Shown here piece by piece: positions 24,371-38,634 of a stretch of 64,000 nt of DNA (positions are counted from its first letter, which is position 1; each line of letters opens with the position of its first letter). The position numbers and the translations under genes are program-made. Source of the DNA: Lama guanicoe (taxonomy: Eukaryota); NCBI GenBank assembly GCA_013239625.1, contig MU053881.1, forward strand, positions 10,902,873 to 10,966,872. Reading direction: 5' to 3'. The notes beneath the pieces are model-generated. The model did not search any database. It had not been told where the DNA came from and worked only from the letters and a program-made list of their open reading frames with translations.

Positions 24371-24790
24371 CCCGACCCGTTTTTATGGACTGTGGAAGCT
24401 TATAAAGCACTCCCTGAGTTGGTGGGGAGAGACTCGGGAGCTGAGTGTGGCTGAGCCTTCAGGAACAGTTGGAATCCAGCTGGTCAGAGTTGGATACGGG
24501 TTGATACCAACATTCCACAAATGCTGGGCAAGATTTGGCAGTGAATGGGACAGGACCAGATGAACAAGAATCACTCAACAGAGAAGAAAAACACAGCTGA
24601 GTTGCATTGGAATTGGAAGTGAGTCCAATTTTGTCTTCCCCTGCATTTAAAATAAACCCATCTTTCTTATTGAAATTCCTCTTGATTAGGTTTTCCACAT
24701 AAAAATAATAAAGATATATCCAGGTATTATCATATTTTTCTGGTATTTCCCATAGCTTTTCATAAAACAAATGCTTAAAACCCAATATTT

Positions 24791-24835
24791 GGGGGGGGGT
24801 GTGTGTGTGCGTGCGCCCATGTGTGCACGCGTGTG
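24791..24835. repeat. G-run plus alternating purine-pyrimidine tract
   Basis: gggggggggtgtgtgtgtgcgtgcgcccatgtgtgcacgcgtgtg. Confidence 0.9.
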
Positions 24836-25339
24836 TTTCAAGGACGTTTCCAGCACCTAAATATCAAAATGGCAAAGCTGTAACATGGAGTCAGAAACTA
24901 ATCATTCTATGTACCTTCTGTACAAGAAGCCAGTCAGGGATCAGGCCAAGAGAAAATAAAGAGGATTACGGGGGGGAAGCAGATTCGTTTTCAAAGTGGA
25001 AATTATTTGAATGATGGCACTAGATGGGAATTACTTTTTCCTCACAGAAAAATGAGATAAATCTTAATAATATTCATTTACATTTTAAAGTGCAACATTA
25101 CTTAGAATCCCCACCAAGGGCATAGTGAGCAAGTTAGCACTGAAGGTCAGAGGATGGAAGCAGAAACCATAATTTCTCAGTGAGAAAATAGTAATATAAG
25201 ATCAAAATCCAGATAAAAAGCTTACTATATAAATTTTAGATAAATGTGTATTTTATATAAATACCTACATATTTATCAGAAGGTCAGCATGAGAGTTATA
25301 GGAGGTGAATATTATCAAAGGCAGAGCATCGTCAAAGAA

Positions 25340-25555
25340 TTACCAGGGCTCACTGCAGCCCTGCCTTTATTAGCCATGAAATCCTGTGTTCCTACAACCT
25401 TGTTTGGCCTCAGTTTCCCCATCTGTAAAATGGAGATTGTAATAACAGGTCATCCCTCATAGGTTTGAAGAAAGGATTAAAATTAGACAACTCATGTGAA
25501 AATAGCATATATAATAATTCACGGTTGCCATTAAATAACTTTCAGCTGCTATTAT
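25340..25555 (+). mobile_element. MIR SINE
   Basis: ggcctcagtttccccatctgtaaaatggagattgtaataaca. Confidence 0.85.
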
Positions 25556-28500
25556 TAAGGCAATTTTCAAGGAGATGTTCAGAAGTTTACCAAGAAAAGA
25601 GATTAAAATTCATGTTAACACAGCAGTAAATTAGAAAGCCAGCATTAATATGCCTATCTGCATTCACCTGCTTGTCAAAGACTTGCTTACTAAATAAGAT
25701 AATCCATTTATCAGACCTCTCTAATTAATAAGAACACAGCTCCTCTCCCTGAGGTCTTTTATCAAATATATGACATTAGCCGCAAAATGACATGACAGTG
25801 ATATAAAAATTACAACATTAACAGGCGCTGAATAAATAAAACCCGAAGCAAAATCTTTCCCAGTGCCAAGAATAGAATAGCTGAGATGTGGATGGATATC
25901 TGAGAATTCAGCGCAGAGCAGTAAATCATGCAATGCTGGCAGAACACTGGCGATGATACTTTTTCAAAATACAACTATGAAATATTGGTGGGGACGTACA
26001 GCTCTGCTATTTCCTCGTGAATGGCACAGCGAGTCTAATAAAGTAGCTGATTTATTGAAAACCTCATCACATTTTAAAGGAAGGTGTTTTCACTGATTCT
26101 CTTTGCCCACTATAGAACGTGAGCCGATGAGCCAAAGGAGGGTTTGATCTATATTCAAGGAGAAATCAATTTCTTCTACATAAGGACAGTAGGAAATTCA
26201 GCCTTCACTCCTTTGAACATAAACTTTTCAGCCTATGCCCTACCGCCAGCATATGTTCACGCAGAAAAAGTGAAAAAGTTATAATCAATGATTACAGTTG
26301 CTTGTGTTACTTAGAAATACGTTTCTGTTCTCTTTAATACGATTCTTTCCACGGATACATCTGCTTTCCCTAAATTGACAAAGGGCACTGGTTTCTTCTC
26401 ATTTCTCTAGAGACAGAACCATGGGATGTTCCATGGAAAAGGGGTTGGGGCAGGGAGGTGTGGGGAGGTTGGCCATTTCTCTAAATGCATCTTTGACTGC
26501 TGGACTCCCAAATGTCTCAGCTTAGGCACCTGCTTTTGCAGTCCCTAATTAAAACAGCTACATTATCTTTTACTTATAGCCCTTTGTCTGACTGGTGGAA
26601 AGATGCTAGGATACAACACAGGCATATTAATAAATATTCCCCATATTTCTTCCTGGAAAACCACACACATAAATCTCCCTCTTTGGATTCATTTTCTTCG
26701 TCCATGCCCTGCACCCCACCAGGCTATCTATATTAATTCACACAAATATATTTCTTATTGTCCAGTAGTAAGACTCTGATTCCCCTTTTGTCCAAAAGGG
26801 GACATTAAACAAATAATGGTCCTGCAAAAATAAAGTAAAAGATTTGTTTCTGCTTTGGTGACAACCTGATCTTTGAAAAATTGACAGAAGGTAACTACAA
26901 ATGTCTATAATCTTTGCTTTAAGTCATCACCTGCTTATTAGACATACCTCATAAATATCCTGCTTCAATTTCCATTAAAAAATGATGCATGGACAACAAT
27001 TAAGTACTTTTCTAATTGGTTTGGCAACATTTGCCAATCATGACAATCTAATAAATTAACCATCAAATAATGCAGTATTAAATATTCAAAAATCATGCAT
27101 CACTGAACATCATAAGTTATTTCCGACTAAATTTTTTAACGATTATTTTAATTTCTCAATAAAAAATCAAAGAGATCTTGATGAAAGAAATGTGTCTCAA
27201 CAATCTATTTTAGGAACTACTAATATAAACAGTGTCACTGACCTGATAGATATTGAGAAGTTTTATTTTTGATAATTTAAATTTGCTTTTGGAACACAGC
27301 CACTACCTATGTTACTGATTTTCAGCCTTTCAGCACCAAGAATCCTTAGAAAAGGCCACATTTTAACATCAAATATAAAGATACATTTTAAGGCTGAAAT
27401 CTGTTCTGTAAGTGTCACTACTGGTCATAACATTGACTAACTTGTTCCAAAAATATTTGACAGGATTCAGCATATCTCTTCCTGAATATTATTTGTCTCC
27501 TATTTCCTTATTTTGCCCTGTTTTTTGGAACTCAGAAGTATTTTGCTTATCACATCAGTTTGCTATTCTTATTTGTTTTTCTATTTTTCTTTCTCACCCT
27601 TACAAGATTCCTCGACTTTAATTAAATGTGGATATTTAATATTTTCTTGAAAGGGAAAACATAAAGAGACTCAAAAAAGATACCGAGGCAACAAAAGTTT
27701 TCTCTTTATTAATGTAATTCCTGACCTAGTAATTTTGCTAACTTTTTGTAGAGTGCTGTAAAGCCTGATATTAGCATTTCAATTATTTTTACATTGGGGT
27801 GAGGAACAAAAAGAGAGAATATGACAAAAGAAGATTCAGTTAAAAATTGAGTTTATAGAAAGTCAACTGAAACAGATCATTCCGAAACTGCATGATCTAT
27901 TACTGCTGAAAAATACTAACCTTCATAAATAACACTATTTAGCCAGAACTTCAGAAAGTTCTATTACTCATAAAAAGCCAAAGCAGTTCCTAGGAAGCCT
28001 TAACCTGGCTGGATTTTATCCAAAATCCTTTTTGAGATGCTGGTTCTTTCACAACTGTGGCAATCGAAAATGACTCACGAATTACATACATGTGCTCTGA
28101 ACAGACAAATGAGCTTTTAAAATGTCTAGTAACGTGACTAAGTAAGAATTGTAAGTACTCCCTTCTAAGGAAAGCAGCCTTTCTTCCTTACCCTCTTGAG
28201 ACTTTTAGCAACTTGACATCTATAGATATCCTCAGGATGGGATCATGCTACCTTCACATAAATCGTGAGTTTATATAACATCACCAAACTGCTGTGTCCA
28301 CTTATCCAGATGGTTTTGCATATAAAATTTAGAAAGCATTTATGCAGCTTGGAGTAAATTCTAAATTAGCCAAGTTTCATTTGCCTTCTCCTCATCCTTC
28401 AGTCATGAGTGACTGACATCAGATCAGTCCTATATATCCAATACAAGGAAAACACTAAAAATAATCCAATTATTTTAAAAACAGCTTTATAATGAACTGC

Positions 28501-29264
28501 CATGTCTAAAATTACTGCTAATAAAATATACACGATATGCCTTTCATATATTACGTATTAGTAAAAATACTTCCCATGAAGAAAGCCAAATATATTTATT
28601 TTATATTTTTTATCATGATATATAAAACAATCCAATTCATAAGATCTGTCTAAGAAATTATTATCCTAAAACATTTTGAACAAAAAAGTATTTGCTATTT
28701 TTCTTATTTGTTCTCTCTTAAATGTGCCTTTGTTCTTGTTTTGTTCCAAGGTTAGATTATGTCTCTGCTAAAATTACACAAAACAGAAAGTTATCCACCT
28801 AATTTAGACTATACTTTCCTCTTCAATGTATGGAAGAGCAAACATTTTGGAGATGATGGACCCAGAACACTCTCATGACCACCAGGAACTTTCCTGCTGG
28901 AAAACAGCATGGGTTGCACACATACCCACACTACATCATTTCTGAAATATCCATGGATCACAGGTTAAGTATATCTGACCTAGAAGATTAATGCAACAGT
29001 ATTCTATTTTTCTACCTTAAAATCTCATCTCCATTTTTTCCTCTTTCACTTTGAAATAAACATCTGATCATAATTCGTGTCCCTAGAAATGTGAAAATTT
29101 AAGGGGAGAATGAGAAAATCAGAAGCGAACTGTAAATATGCTACTAATCACATGATTTTAAATGAGTGCACTGGCTGAAGGGTCAGATATCCTTAAGTTT
29201 GGCAAGTTTTGTCATTTTCTATTTTCTCGTATAACACCCCCATTTCAAGAAGAGATGATGATTA

Positions 29265-29484
29265 CAGTTGACCTCTGAACAACATGGGCTTGAACTGTGT
29301 GGATTCACTTACACAATGATTTCTTTCAGTAGTAAATGCTACAGTACTACACCATCCACGGTTGGTTGAATCCACACATATGGAGAAACTGCAGATCCAG
29401 AGGGCTGACCCTAAATTATAGGAGGATTTTTGACTATGCAGAGGATCAGTGCCCATAAGTCCCACGCTGTTCAAGGGTCAACTG
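29265..29484. mobile_element. TcMar-Tigger MITE (MER8/Tigger2-derived), complete
   Basis: TIRs cagttgacctctgaacaacatggg ... cccacgctgttcaagggtcaactg, flanked by TA on both sides. Confidence 0.92.
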
Positions 29485-30029
29485 TATTTCTATTGTTTCA
29501 AAAATCTCCTTTATTCTTATCCATATATTTCTTCACAGGTACCTGAACAAGAGGATCTAAAACCTGAACTAGATGGTTTCTTATTAATATAGGTCCTCAG
29601 GTTAAGGTTAATTGTGGATCATGCTGACTGAGGACACATCAGCCACCAGCCTAAGGAGATTAAAAACAGAAACAAAAAAAATAAACAAACAAACAAAACT
29701 CTGCCATTAATTTAATGGTATGTTCTCCATCTCTCTTGATTAGATAGCTAGTTTAGATATTTTTTAGTCAATGAATTCAACAAGACTGAGTATTTCGGGA
29801 TGGAATTAAGTACTTTAGTTCATCAAGAGGTTTGTTTTGTTTTTTGGAAGAAGCAGCTAAATATTCAAAATGGGAATTTCCAAACAAGAGTTGAGAATGT
29901 TGCACTTCATAAGCTTATTTGACCATAGTTCCCTTTATTAGAAGAGAACCTAATATTGCCTGAATTTAGTATCTACAGTTCCATGTGGCTCAATATGGTG
30001 ACTTCTTGAAAGAGAACATATAATACACA

Positions 30030-30325
30030 CTTAAGACCATACAATCTGGAACCACGCACCTGGGTTCAGATTCCAGCTCTTCCACCTCCCATGTCTGAGG
30101 CCTTGGGGTCAGGTGTTTCACACTCTCTGTTCCTCAGTTTCACTAACTAACTGCTAAATGAGAAAGTATTCGATACCATTATAGTACCTACCTCACAGGG
30201 TCATTTTGTGTTATACTACCTACCTCATAGAGTTAATGAAACAAGTTCTTTAATTCAGTTACTTAATTACTCTGCTAAGAACTCTGGCACACAATAAATG
30301 CTACATGAGAGCTAGCTATTATTAG
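30030..30325 (+). mobile_element. MIR SINE
   Basis: acctgggttcagattccagctct...ctctgttcctcagtttc...ctggcacacaataaatgct. Confidence 0.85.
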
Positions 30326-32414
30326 CTTTTCTTTTTTCTTTATAATTGCTACTGAGGTCATCTGTCAATGTTGATGTAATTTAAAGAGACAATTATTATG
30401 ATGTTTATATCCAGACATCTTAGTACTAATAGTCTACAGTTCCCTAACTGTGGGCTCATTTGTTTAAAAATTCTATAAACATAAAAGGCTAGAATACATG
30501 TTTCTTTTGTCACTCTCCGTATTACTCAAGACCTATTATTATCAACAATACTTGACAATAAACTTACATTTTTACTAACAAATGTTTGTATTAAAAAGTT
30601 TCTTTGGATTATATAATTAATCATTTTATTTTTCTCTTTGAACTGTCAACATTTGTGGAGCCTTTATAATTTCTCCCAACTTGAGATTCCATTTCTAATA
30701 TTTTCCCCCATGCTTGGTTAGTTACTTGTTCTCATATAACTGATAAGTTTGACATGCCCTATTTAAAATTATGCAGGGATTTCCATATTTTTCTAACGCA
30801 TGATATAATGCTAAAATATAAAAATGCCATGTCAGTCGCTCTCTGCAAAAAGTGATCTCCCTGTAGAAAAGAATATTTCCTTCAATATTTTGAAATACAG
30901 TTACTCCAGAAATTTTAACAGTACATTAATGTTGTGGAGATAGCTTATAAAATAGACTCTCACAAGAAGAGCAACAGTGACTGCATTTCTTGAGGATGAA
31001 TGAGTCGTTGTAGTCCTGCACATAACACAAAATTACTCTCACCCCAACCAGTATAAAAGAATTAAACGTTTTAGCAGCCTCACTACATTGGGCAAAGTGC
31101 TGCCAATATTTTTTAAAAAATCAATTAACTAAAAGGTAGGAGAACAATATTTTCTTTATAACAAGTGATATTTCTCAGAGCATCTTCTTTCTTTTTTTGA
31201 GAACTCTTTTTCTAACTCTTTAAGATCTACTTCATGAAAAAGGGAAAATACAAACACATATAGATTTATATGCATAGACACAGTTATATATTTAATATAG
31301 ATTATATCCTTTAGGACCTGTGAAGACAATGCAGTATTATAGTAAATGCCTTTTTTTAAATCAAACTGGCACAGAAATATACTTAAAAGAAAGTTCATCA
31401 CAGTTTTGTTTATGAAAACAAAATACTGGAAAATAGCCTAACTGTTCAATAACAGGAGACTCGTAACAAATTAAGATACATCCACATGATGAAAGAATAA
31501 GCAATCATTAAAAAAGCATGTTGGATAGAAATATTTTATAATTCTTTCAACTTTATTAGATTACACAAACAGCATATATGTATGTTCATACATGCATACA
31601 TACTCTTTTTAGTATTGTTAGATGCAGAAAGAGGCACAGTTATAGCTATGTAAATACAAAATATTTCAAGCCAAGTGCTTTATTATATACAGTATACCAG
31701 GAGATAGAAAACTGAAGCTTAGGGATCAAGGCTATACATATAAGTTAGGATTCAACTCATGTGTATCTGCTCTCTTGAATACTATGCTAAACTCCCTATT
31801 TGTGAAAGAAGAAAAAGTCATAAGTTGATAACTGTTATTTTTTAATAGAATAATTTAATTAAACATATATTGCAAAGGAAAGAACAAAACTATAACAAAA
31901 CCCAATATTTTCCTTAATGAATACTAATGTACATAAAGAATTATGTAACTAGACAGAATTTGTGCTTATTGTTTCTTACATCCTTATTGATTTTACAAAG
32001 AACTCACACTTTTAAGTTCTTCTCACCGCATGTTTCATCAATATAGCTAATTACTGTCATACCTTATATTATTTCATTATTTCAAGTTTTTTATTCATTC
32101 ACTGGGAACAAGAGTACAACTTGTAACCAAGTAACTTTTAAGCAATTTTACTACACGGATACTGATGTCACAGCTTTTATCTGCATTAAATCAAAATAGA
32201 ATCCTTGGCCTGCAGTTTTTAAATGAGTTATTTGGACAAATGTACCACTCTAGTGGAGGGAGATGGTAATAGAGATGAAGGAAAGGAGAGAGAAAAAAAA
32301 AAGGATAGAAGGATAGAAGGGAAGGGAAGGAGCTGGAAGTAGTTCAACACAGTGAAGTGTTTAGACTCTGGAAAGCAAAACAAAAATGCCTCTGGATAAC
32401 ACAGTGTGATCTAC

Positions 32415-32688
32415 GCATAAAATGGAAATAATATTCAGTCATGAAAAGGAATGAAGTGCCAACCCATGCTACAATGTATATATGAAAGTTGTTAAGAGAG
32501 TAAATCCTGAGTTCTCATCGCAAGGAAAAATATATTTTTACTATTTCTTCAATAATATATCTACATGAGATGATGGATGTTCACTGAACTATTGTGCTTA
32601 TCATTTCATAGTGTATGTAAGTCAAATTATTATGCTGTACACCTTAAAGTCCTGTGTCAATTATATCTCAATAAAACTAGGGGGAAAA
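32415..32688 (+). mobile_element. Old L1 (L1MA-like) 3' end fragments
   Basis: aaagttgttaagagagtaaatcct...tgagatgatggatgtt...gtcaattatatctcAATAAAactagggggaaaa. Confidence 0.8.
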
Positions 32689-33399
32689 GTCTGTTTGGGA
32701 GAACATTTTGCTTAAATATTGAAGTGTTTTTTTCCTTCATAGGTGAATCTAAATGTTATAAGAAATTACATTTGTTAAAATATTTGTTGTAGAAATATGT
32801 TTGTACTCACTTGAAAGTTGTAAACTATGTTTACCATAGTAGGTTGATTTTATCCACAAACAGTGTGGGTAATTAATTCACTATGATATCTCTGATCTAG
32901 CTTTAATTAACTCAACCTATATAAAGATACTGTGGATTTTTTTTTTCAATTATGAGCCTAGCTAATGGTGTATTTCCTCTTTTAAAATAAATATTCGCAA
33001 AATACGGCAAGTTTAACAAAAGAGTTTTAAAGCACAATGCTTAATCCCCATTTGTCACCATATCTAAAATGTTGATATGCAGTGAACATGTAATGAAGTA
33101 ATTTAAACATTTCAAACAAATCTATTAAAGTAAACAATCTTGACTATTCAAACAAAGGTATGGTGTCAAGATGATGGGATTAAACAACATTAAATTTTCT
33201 ACTGGTAAACTGTTCCTTAAATATTATATTCAATTCTGACAAATTTTAAGACAATATTTAATAATGAAAGTGTATTCCTAATGACTTCCTTCCTTCCTTC
33301 TTTCTTCTAGTTCTTTCTTTTCTTTTTTTTTTTTATGGCATCACTTTGAAACTGTATTCTCCCTCATCCAGCTGTATATAGAAAAAAATATGGCCAGCT

Positions 33400-33650
33400 C
33401 TGGCCAGAATATGGTAAACTCCCAGCTTTGCCCTTTTGCCCTCTCTGATTTGAAATAAGATACTTAATCTCTGTGTGTCAGAGTTTCCTCATCTATAAAA
33501 TGGGAATAAGGATTCTTTCATTATAAAATCTCACTTAATCTTTATAATAATTCTATGATCAAAGAACTAGTCTTATTCTCATTATATATATATGTTTCTG
33601 ACTTATAATAAATGTTCAGATACAATAGCCATTAATATTATCAGTGCTAT
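33400..33650 (+). mobile_element. MIR SINE
   Basis: tacttaatctctgtgtgtcagagtttcctcatctataaaatgggaataa. Confidence 0.75.
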
Positions 33651-34575
33651 TAATAGAATTCATTCTTATTACATTGCTTTTGTGATCTATAGGTAGAAAA
33701 TTAGAACTTCTAATAATTGTTATTCACAAAGGAGACTGGTTCTTAGAAAATATGTTTGTTAAGTTACTACATTGAGTATACTCAAAAGTGAACAGTGGAA
33801 TTAACTGACTCTATTCTTTTAGGTGTTCATTAAAGAATTGTTTCATTTCTAAGTAACCACAAACCTACTAAGTCAAAGAGTTCTTTAGTGTTATTACCCA
33901 GATAGACTGATCCAGACATATTCACTAATATGGTGATAGTTGTGACATGTCCCAGGAACTCTGTAAGATTGTGGGCTGAGGAATTCAGTGGTGATATTCA
34001 TTAAAAAAGTCTTCAAAACTTATAGGTATTAAATAATGACAAAATATTAAACATACATCTTCAGAAACAGTATTGGGGAGAGTTTCAGTTTAACAATGGA
34101 CATTTTATCTTGTTTATTCTCCGTATAACTTTCCAAAAATGCATTTGAGGTGGCCTAATTTACACAATTATAGTTATAATACAACACGAACATATAGAGA
34201 AGCACGTGCAACTTTTGGGAAATAGTTTTAGCAAACGTTTATCCTCTGGCTTAAAGATTACTGCAGGTTGAATGAATAGCTGTAGCCTATTACAATCCAT
34301 CACTTTAACTCATCTCCCTAAAATTTCCAAACTGCCATTTCCCCTTTGGCCCATTTCCCTTGGCATCCTATGCAACGTGACACTGTGTGTACTTTGGTGT
34401 GATCTTACTTGTTTAGAATTTGGGGGAAGCAGGGAGGGTGAGAACTGTACACAATTTGACCTACACGATGTTCTGCACCTCCCCAGAGATGCTGCCAGAG
34501 GTCTTTCTTTCTTATTTTCTTTCATTGCACCTGACTTTAACATGGTTATTGAACCCTTTCTTTCTGTCTTCCCAG

Positions 34576-34690
34576 TAGGTGGTTCGGGTTTTACACAAGC
34601 ATTCACCAAGGCCTTCCTCCGTGTCAAGGAGATCATCAGACTGAATTTGGAGTCCTCCTTCCAGCGGAGTCAGAGAACATCAGAGTGCAG
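34576..34690 (+). other. Candidate internal exon (unidentified transcript)
   Basis: Polypyrimidine tract ccctttctttctgtcttccCAG/TAG acceptor, CAG/GTATTT donor, GC-richer body, two open frames. Confidence 0.35.
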
Positions 34691-35144
34691 GTATTTGTAG
34701 TACAAGTAAGAATATTTTATATTTTAACAATTATTCTCAAACATGGAACAATTCTAATAAAATTAAATTAGCAGTTAAGGAATTTTAATTTAAAATATCA
34801 CATGACACTGATTCATTGAGTGACCACTGTGGGGGAAAAATGTAATCTAACAAATTGAATCTCTTTTCCTGTGGGAAGTCTGAGAGAACTATAATTAGGC
34901 GAATTAAAAGTTATGATTTTTTTAAGTATGGAATGTAATTGGTAATAATGTAATTATTAACTAAAATTGAGAGAACAAGGTTCTTCCCTGTACTTTCACT
35001 TTATTCTGCTTTTTTCTTGTCCCAGTGCTATTGGTATTAGTATGGCAGACACAGGAGAAGACGAGCAAAAAGGTGCAGTGGCCTGAATATTCTGTACATA
35101 AGGATCAGACTCTGTACTGCACAGCAACGTTCAAACACTACAGA

Positions 35145-35385
35145 GCAATGCTTCTAACACCTCTATGAAAAACCACCAGCTTATTTGAAAAATGTCCTGT
35201 CAGTTGCAGACTGATGTTTTCATAACTAAGTAAATTAATAGAAAAAATGATCACACATGAATATCACAACAATGTCAACATGTTATAAAAGGTCCAAACA
35301 GATGGTTCCTGCATCGTATCACTGTAGATCAGCAATAAACAGTTCTTAGATTGGGACCAGGTAGTGGATCACATTTGAGGAGGGA
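35145..35385 (+). mobile_element. hAT-Charlie MITE (Charlie18a-like)
   Basis: caatgcttctaacac...aataaacagttc...tggatcacatttgag resembles the consensus as recalled. Confidence 0.6.
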
Positions 35386-38300
35386 ATATGAATATGTAAG
35401 AAATAACTTCTGCTAATGAAGGCTGCATGTTCCATAATTAGTTTAAAAAAAACCTATGGGGGGAAAAAAAATCCTAGCACTGAAAAAACAAATCAATTGA
35501 TATTCACATATGCAATGACTACATCACAAGAAGTAGCACAACATTTTGTTGCTCACAAACATACATGACAACTTAAAAAATAACTGGTTGTTGGACTCTC
35601 ATCTATTTTGCAGTTGGGCAAATGATCCTGGAGAGGCTAAAACAGCTTTCTGAGAATAGAGAATCTAGATTTTTGGTCATGTATCAGAGCCTGTAGGGTT
35701 TTTTCCATTTTTTATTCCGTTCACTACTGACTCTGAACACTCACCCATGAGCTAATTACGGTGTTCTCATTGTACTACAAAATTTTCTATCACCCAGAGC
35801 CTCCATCCTCTGCCCATGGAGTTAAATGATTCAATGACTGGCATTCAGAGGAAAACTTACTTCTCAAAATATTATTCAGTATAGAGTTTTCAAACCAAGC
35901 CAATGCTAATTAAAATCTACTTAAAGTCAAGTCTCAAAAAAAAGAAAGATAAATTATTGAGATTTTTTCCCCTCATCTTATGGCCCTCCATAGTTTGAAT
36001 GTTCATGCTAAATCAGTGAATTTTTAAAATAATTATTATTATTTTATAGTCATTTCTGATTTAAAAAAACATGAATTACGGACTGAGATCTTTCAAAAGA
36101 CATTTGCTTTTGATTACATAAATTCTGATTGCTGAAAATGAAAGACAAAACACGTGTGTAAAATATAAAATGTGCTTAAAAGATTTTCAGAGGACACTGT
36201 AATGAAACATTTCTTATAGTTGGTGCCAGGAATAGCACTCCACTCACTTTAAAACCAAATCCACAATAGTGAGTTTCAGAAGTAGTCTGCTAAATGGTAG
36301 TGGTATTCATATCAATGAGAGAACTAGTGCCCTGATGAACAGCTTCTGAAAAAGTTGAAATTACACCTTAAATTTCATAATGTTCACTTTCCATCATGCA
36401 CTGTGTTGGTTCATTTATTTCAATATTCCACAAGGAAGCAGATGTAGGAGAAAGAATATTAGAACACTGACCAAAAGGAACTCTTAGACCTGCCAGGGGA
36501 TATGCCTTTAAATTATCAGTGGCATTTCCATAAAAATGATGAAATTTGCTCGAATGAGTTCATACAAATGAGTAAAATCAATGATTATTGAGCATTAGGA
36601 CAAATAGGTAGCATATTGGAGTAATTATTTCATGTCTCAGGTGTGTTGGAAAGCAAGTCCCTGAAGGATAAGATATTTTACTTTTTAAGAACAGGGGTCC
36701 TTCAAAAATGCATTGCCTACAGTGACATGTCATTTGAAAATTATTTTTTAAATAAGAAGTCATATTTTCACGGAAAAATGAACTTATGGACACTAGAGAA
36801 GTTATCTGTAACAATTAGAAATTTCTAACTTTCCTTAAAATTTCAAAGAGATACTTTTAAAGAAAATAGCTGATGTTGAAATTCTCAGAGCTTACTCTGA
36901 AACTTTTCATTATCCTACACGTCTTCAGAAACAACTGAGAGTGATTTCCTTCCTTCCCTTATTCCTTCCTTCTTTCGCATTTATTGAGCACTCGTTAACG
37001 GAAGCATCTAAAAGAGGTGTTTGCCACGGGTTTCTTGTTTGGGTAAAGATGAGAACAGTCATCATCTAGAAGCCCTCAGCCTCAAGATTGAATTATGTGG
37101 TTGGCTGTACTTAACCAATAAACTGAAAGTTTTTCCTTGGCCTAAAAATAATTATATGGGAAATGAGCCCATTTTCCAGTTTCCAAATCAAAGAGTGTAA
37201 CACATTTGATGAACTCAGTCTTAAAACCAGACACACAGTGCATCTATTGATACACATGTGAAATGATTGTTCTGGAATACATCAGAAATCAGAAATCTAA
37301 GTATATGAGTGAATTAAGAGGCATATCAAGAGACTATATGTTTTCCAGTAATGTCTTTGCTCAAAATATATTTATCACTTTTCTTAGTAGATAGCCAGCA
37401 CAGAATGTCATTTAAATATTTTAAATTTTTTTCTAAATATTTTTTCCTTGAGTATTTCATTTTATGGAAACAGTCTATAGTTATTCAAAACTAAAAGGCT
37501 AGTGATTTAGAAGACATGGAACATGTCCAAGGTTTAAAAAACATTAGGTTATTTGCAATGAGGTTTTCGTTTAAGCTCATGTTTCTTTAAGCTTATTTAG
37601 GTCAATTACACAAGAAGAATTTTATAAACGTACGGGATTAGGACAACAAAACTAGAAAACATCTAAGCCTGATTACTTCGTAAATATATTCTCAAATATG
37701 AGAATTATTTGATCCCTGGTTAATTTAGGGTTACATGGACAAGTGTACATGAAGCCTCCAGGTATTATCGTGGGCGTGATGAAATAAAAACTTTCATTAT
37801 TTATTCTGAAGTTTTTAAGAGAATTATGACATGCAAGAAGCCGTTTGCTCACAAACCATGCAGACATTTCTGAGGGAATTGAGGATTCCGGTGAAGGTGA
37901 CCAGGGTAGGACTAGTCTATTAACTTGAAATCCTTCATCTATAATTAACAACACATATTAGCTAGAGCTCAGTTAAAAGCATTAGAGACTTTAGGTAGAG
38001 ATTCAAATGCTAAATAGTAACTACTGTTTGTGTTAGTGATGCAGAGTTTCTATCTAGCATGAAAGTCACAGAATTAAAAATCACAATTAAATTGCCTTTT
38101 CATTTTACCAGGGAATTTCCAAGAGTAATATTAAAGCCCTCCTATCGAATGTTGAGATGTGTTACTAAAGTTCTTGTATCCTTTTAAAGAAACTGTATTA
38201 AGGGAAAGTTTTATGTTGAATATTCCTACGTTTTTAAAAATGCAATGAGAAAAACTGGTTTGAAGGAAACATTATGTCATTTGTATAGCATCCCAACAAA

Positions 38301-38634
38301 TCATAATAATTCTATTATTTGCAAATACAATGAGGGTATGGTTAGAAAAAAGTTCAAATTTGTTTCTATATATGGTGGACGAGTACCGAGTTACAGTAGA
38401 AGTTGCAGTATAATAAACTTATCTTATGGATTTATAGAATTTGAATTCACTGCTACTTGACTAAGATTTATGTAGAGATCAATACTTATACATGCAGAAT
38501 GCGATGGACCAATCGCACATTTCTGAAATAGTAGCCCATTGATATGTTTGAAAGAGAATCATCGCATTTGATTACATGCAGCTTTAAAGTATAGCACATG
38601 CAAAATCCATTAAGATCCATGTATCCGAGGGTTA

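Noticed and set aside
33772..33785. Perfect 14-bp palindrome ttgagtatactcaa
   Set aside because: Isolated; a few are expected by chance in AT-rich DNA
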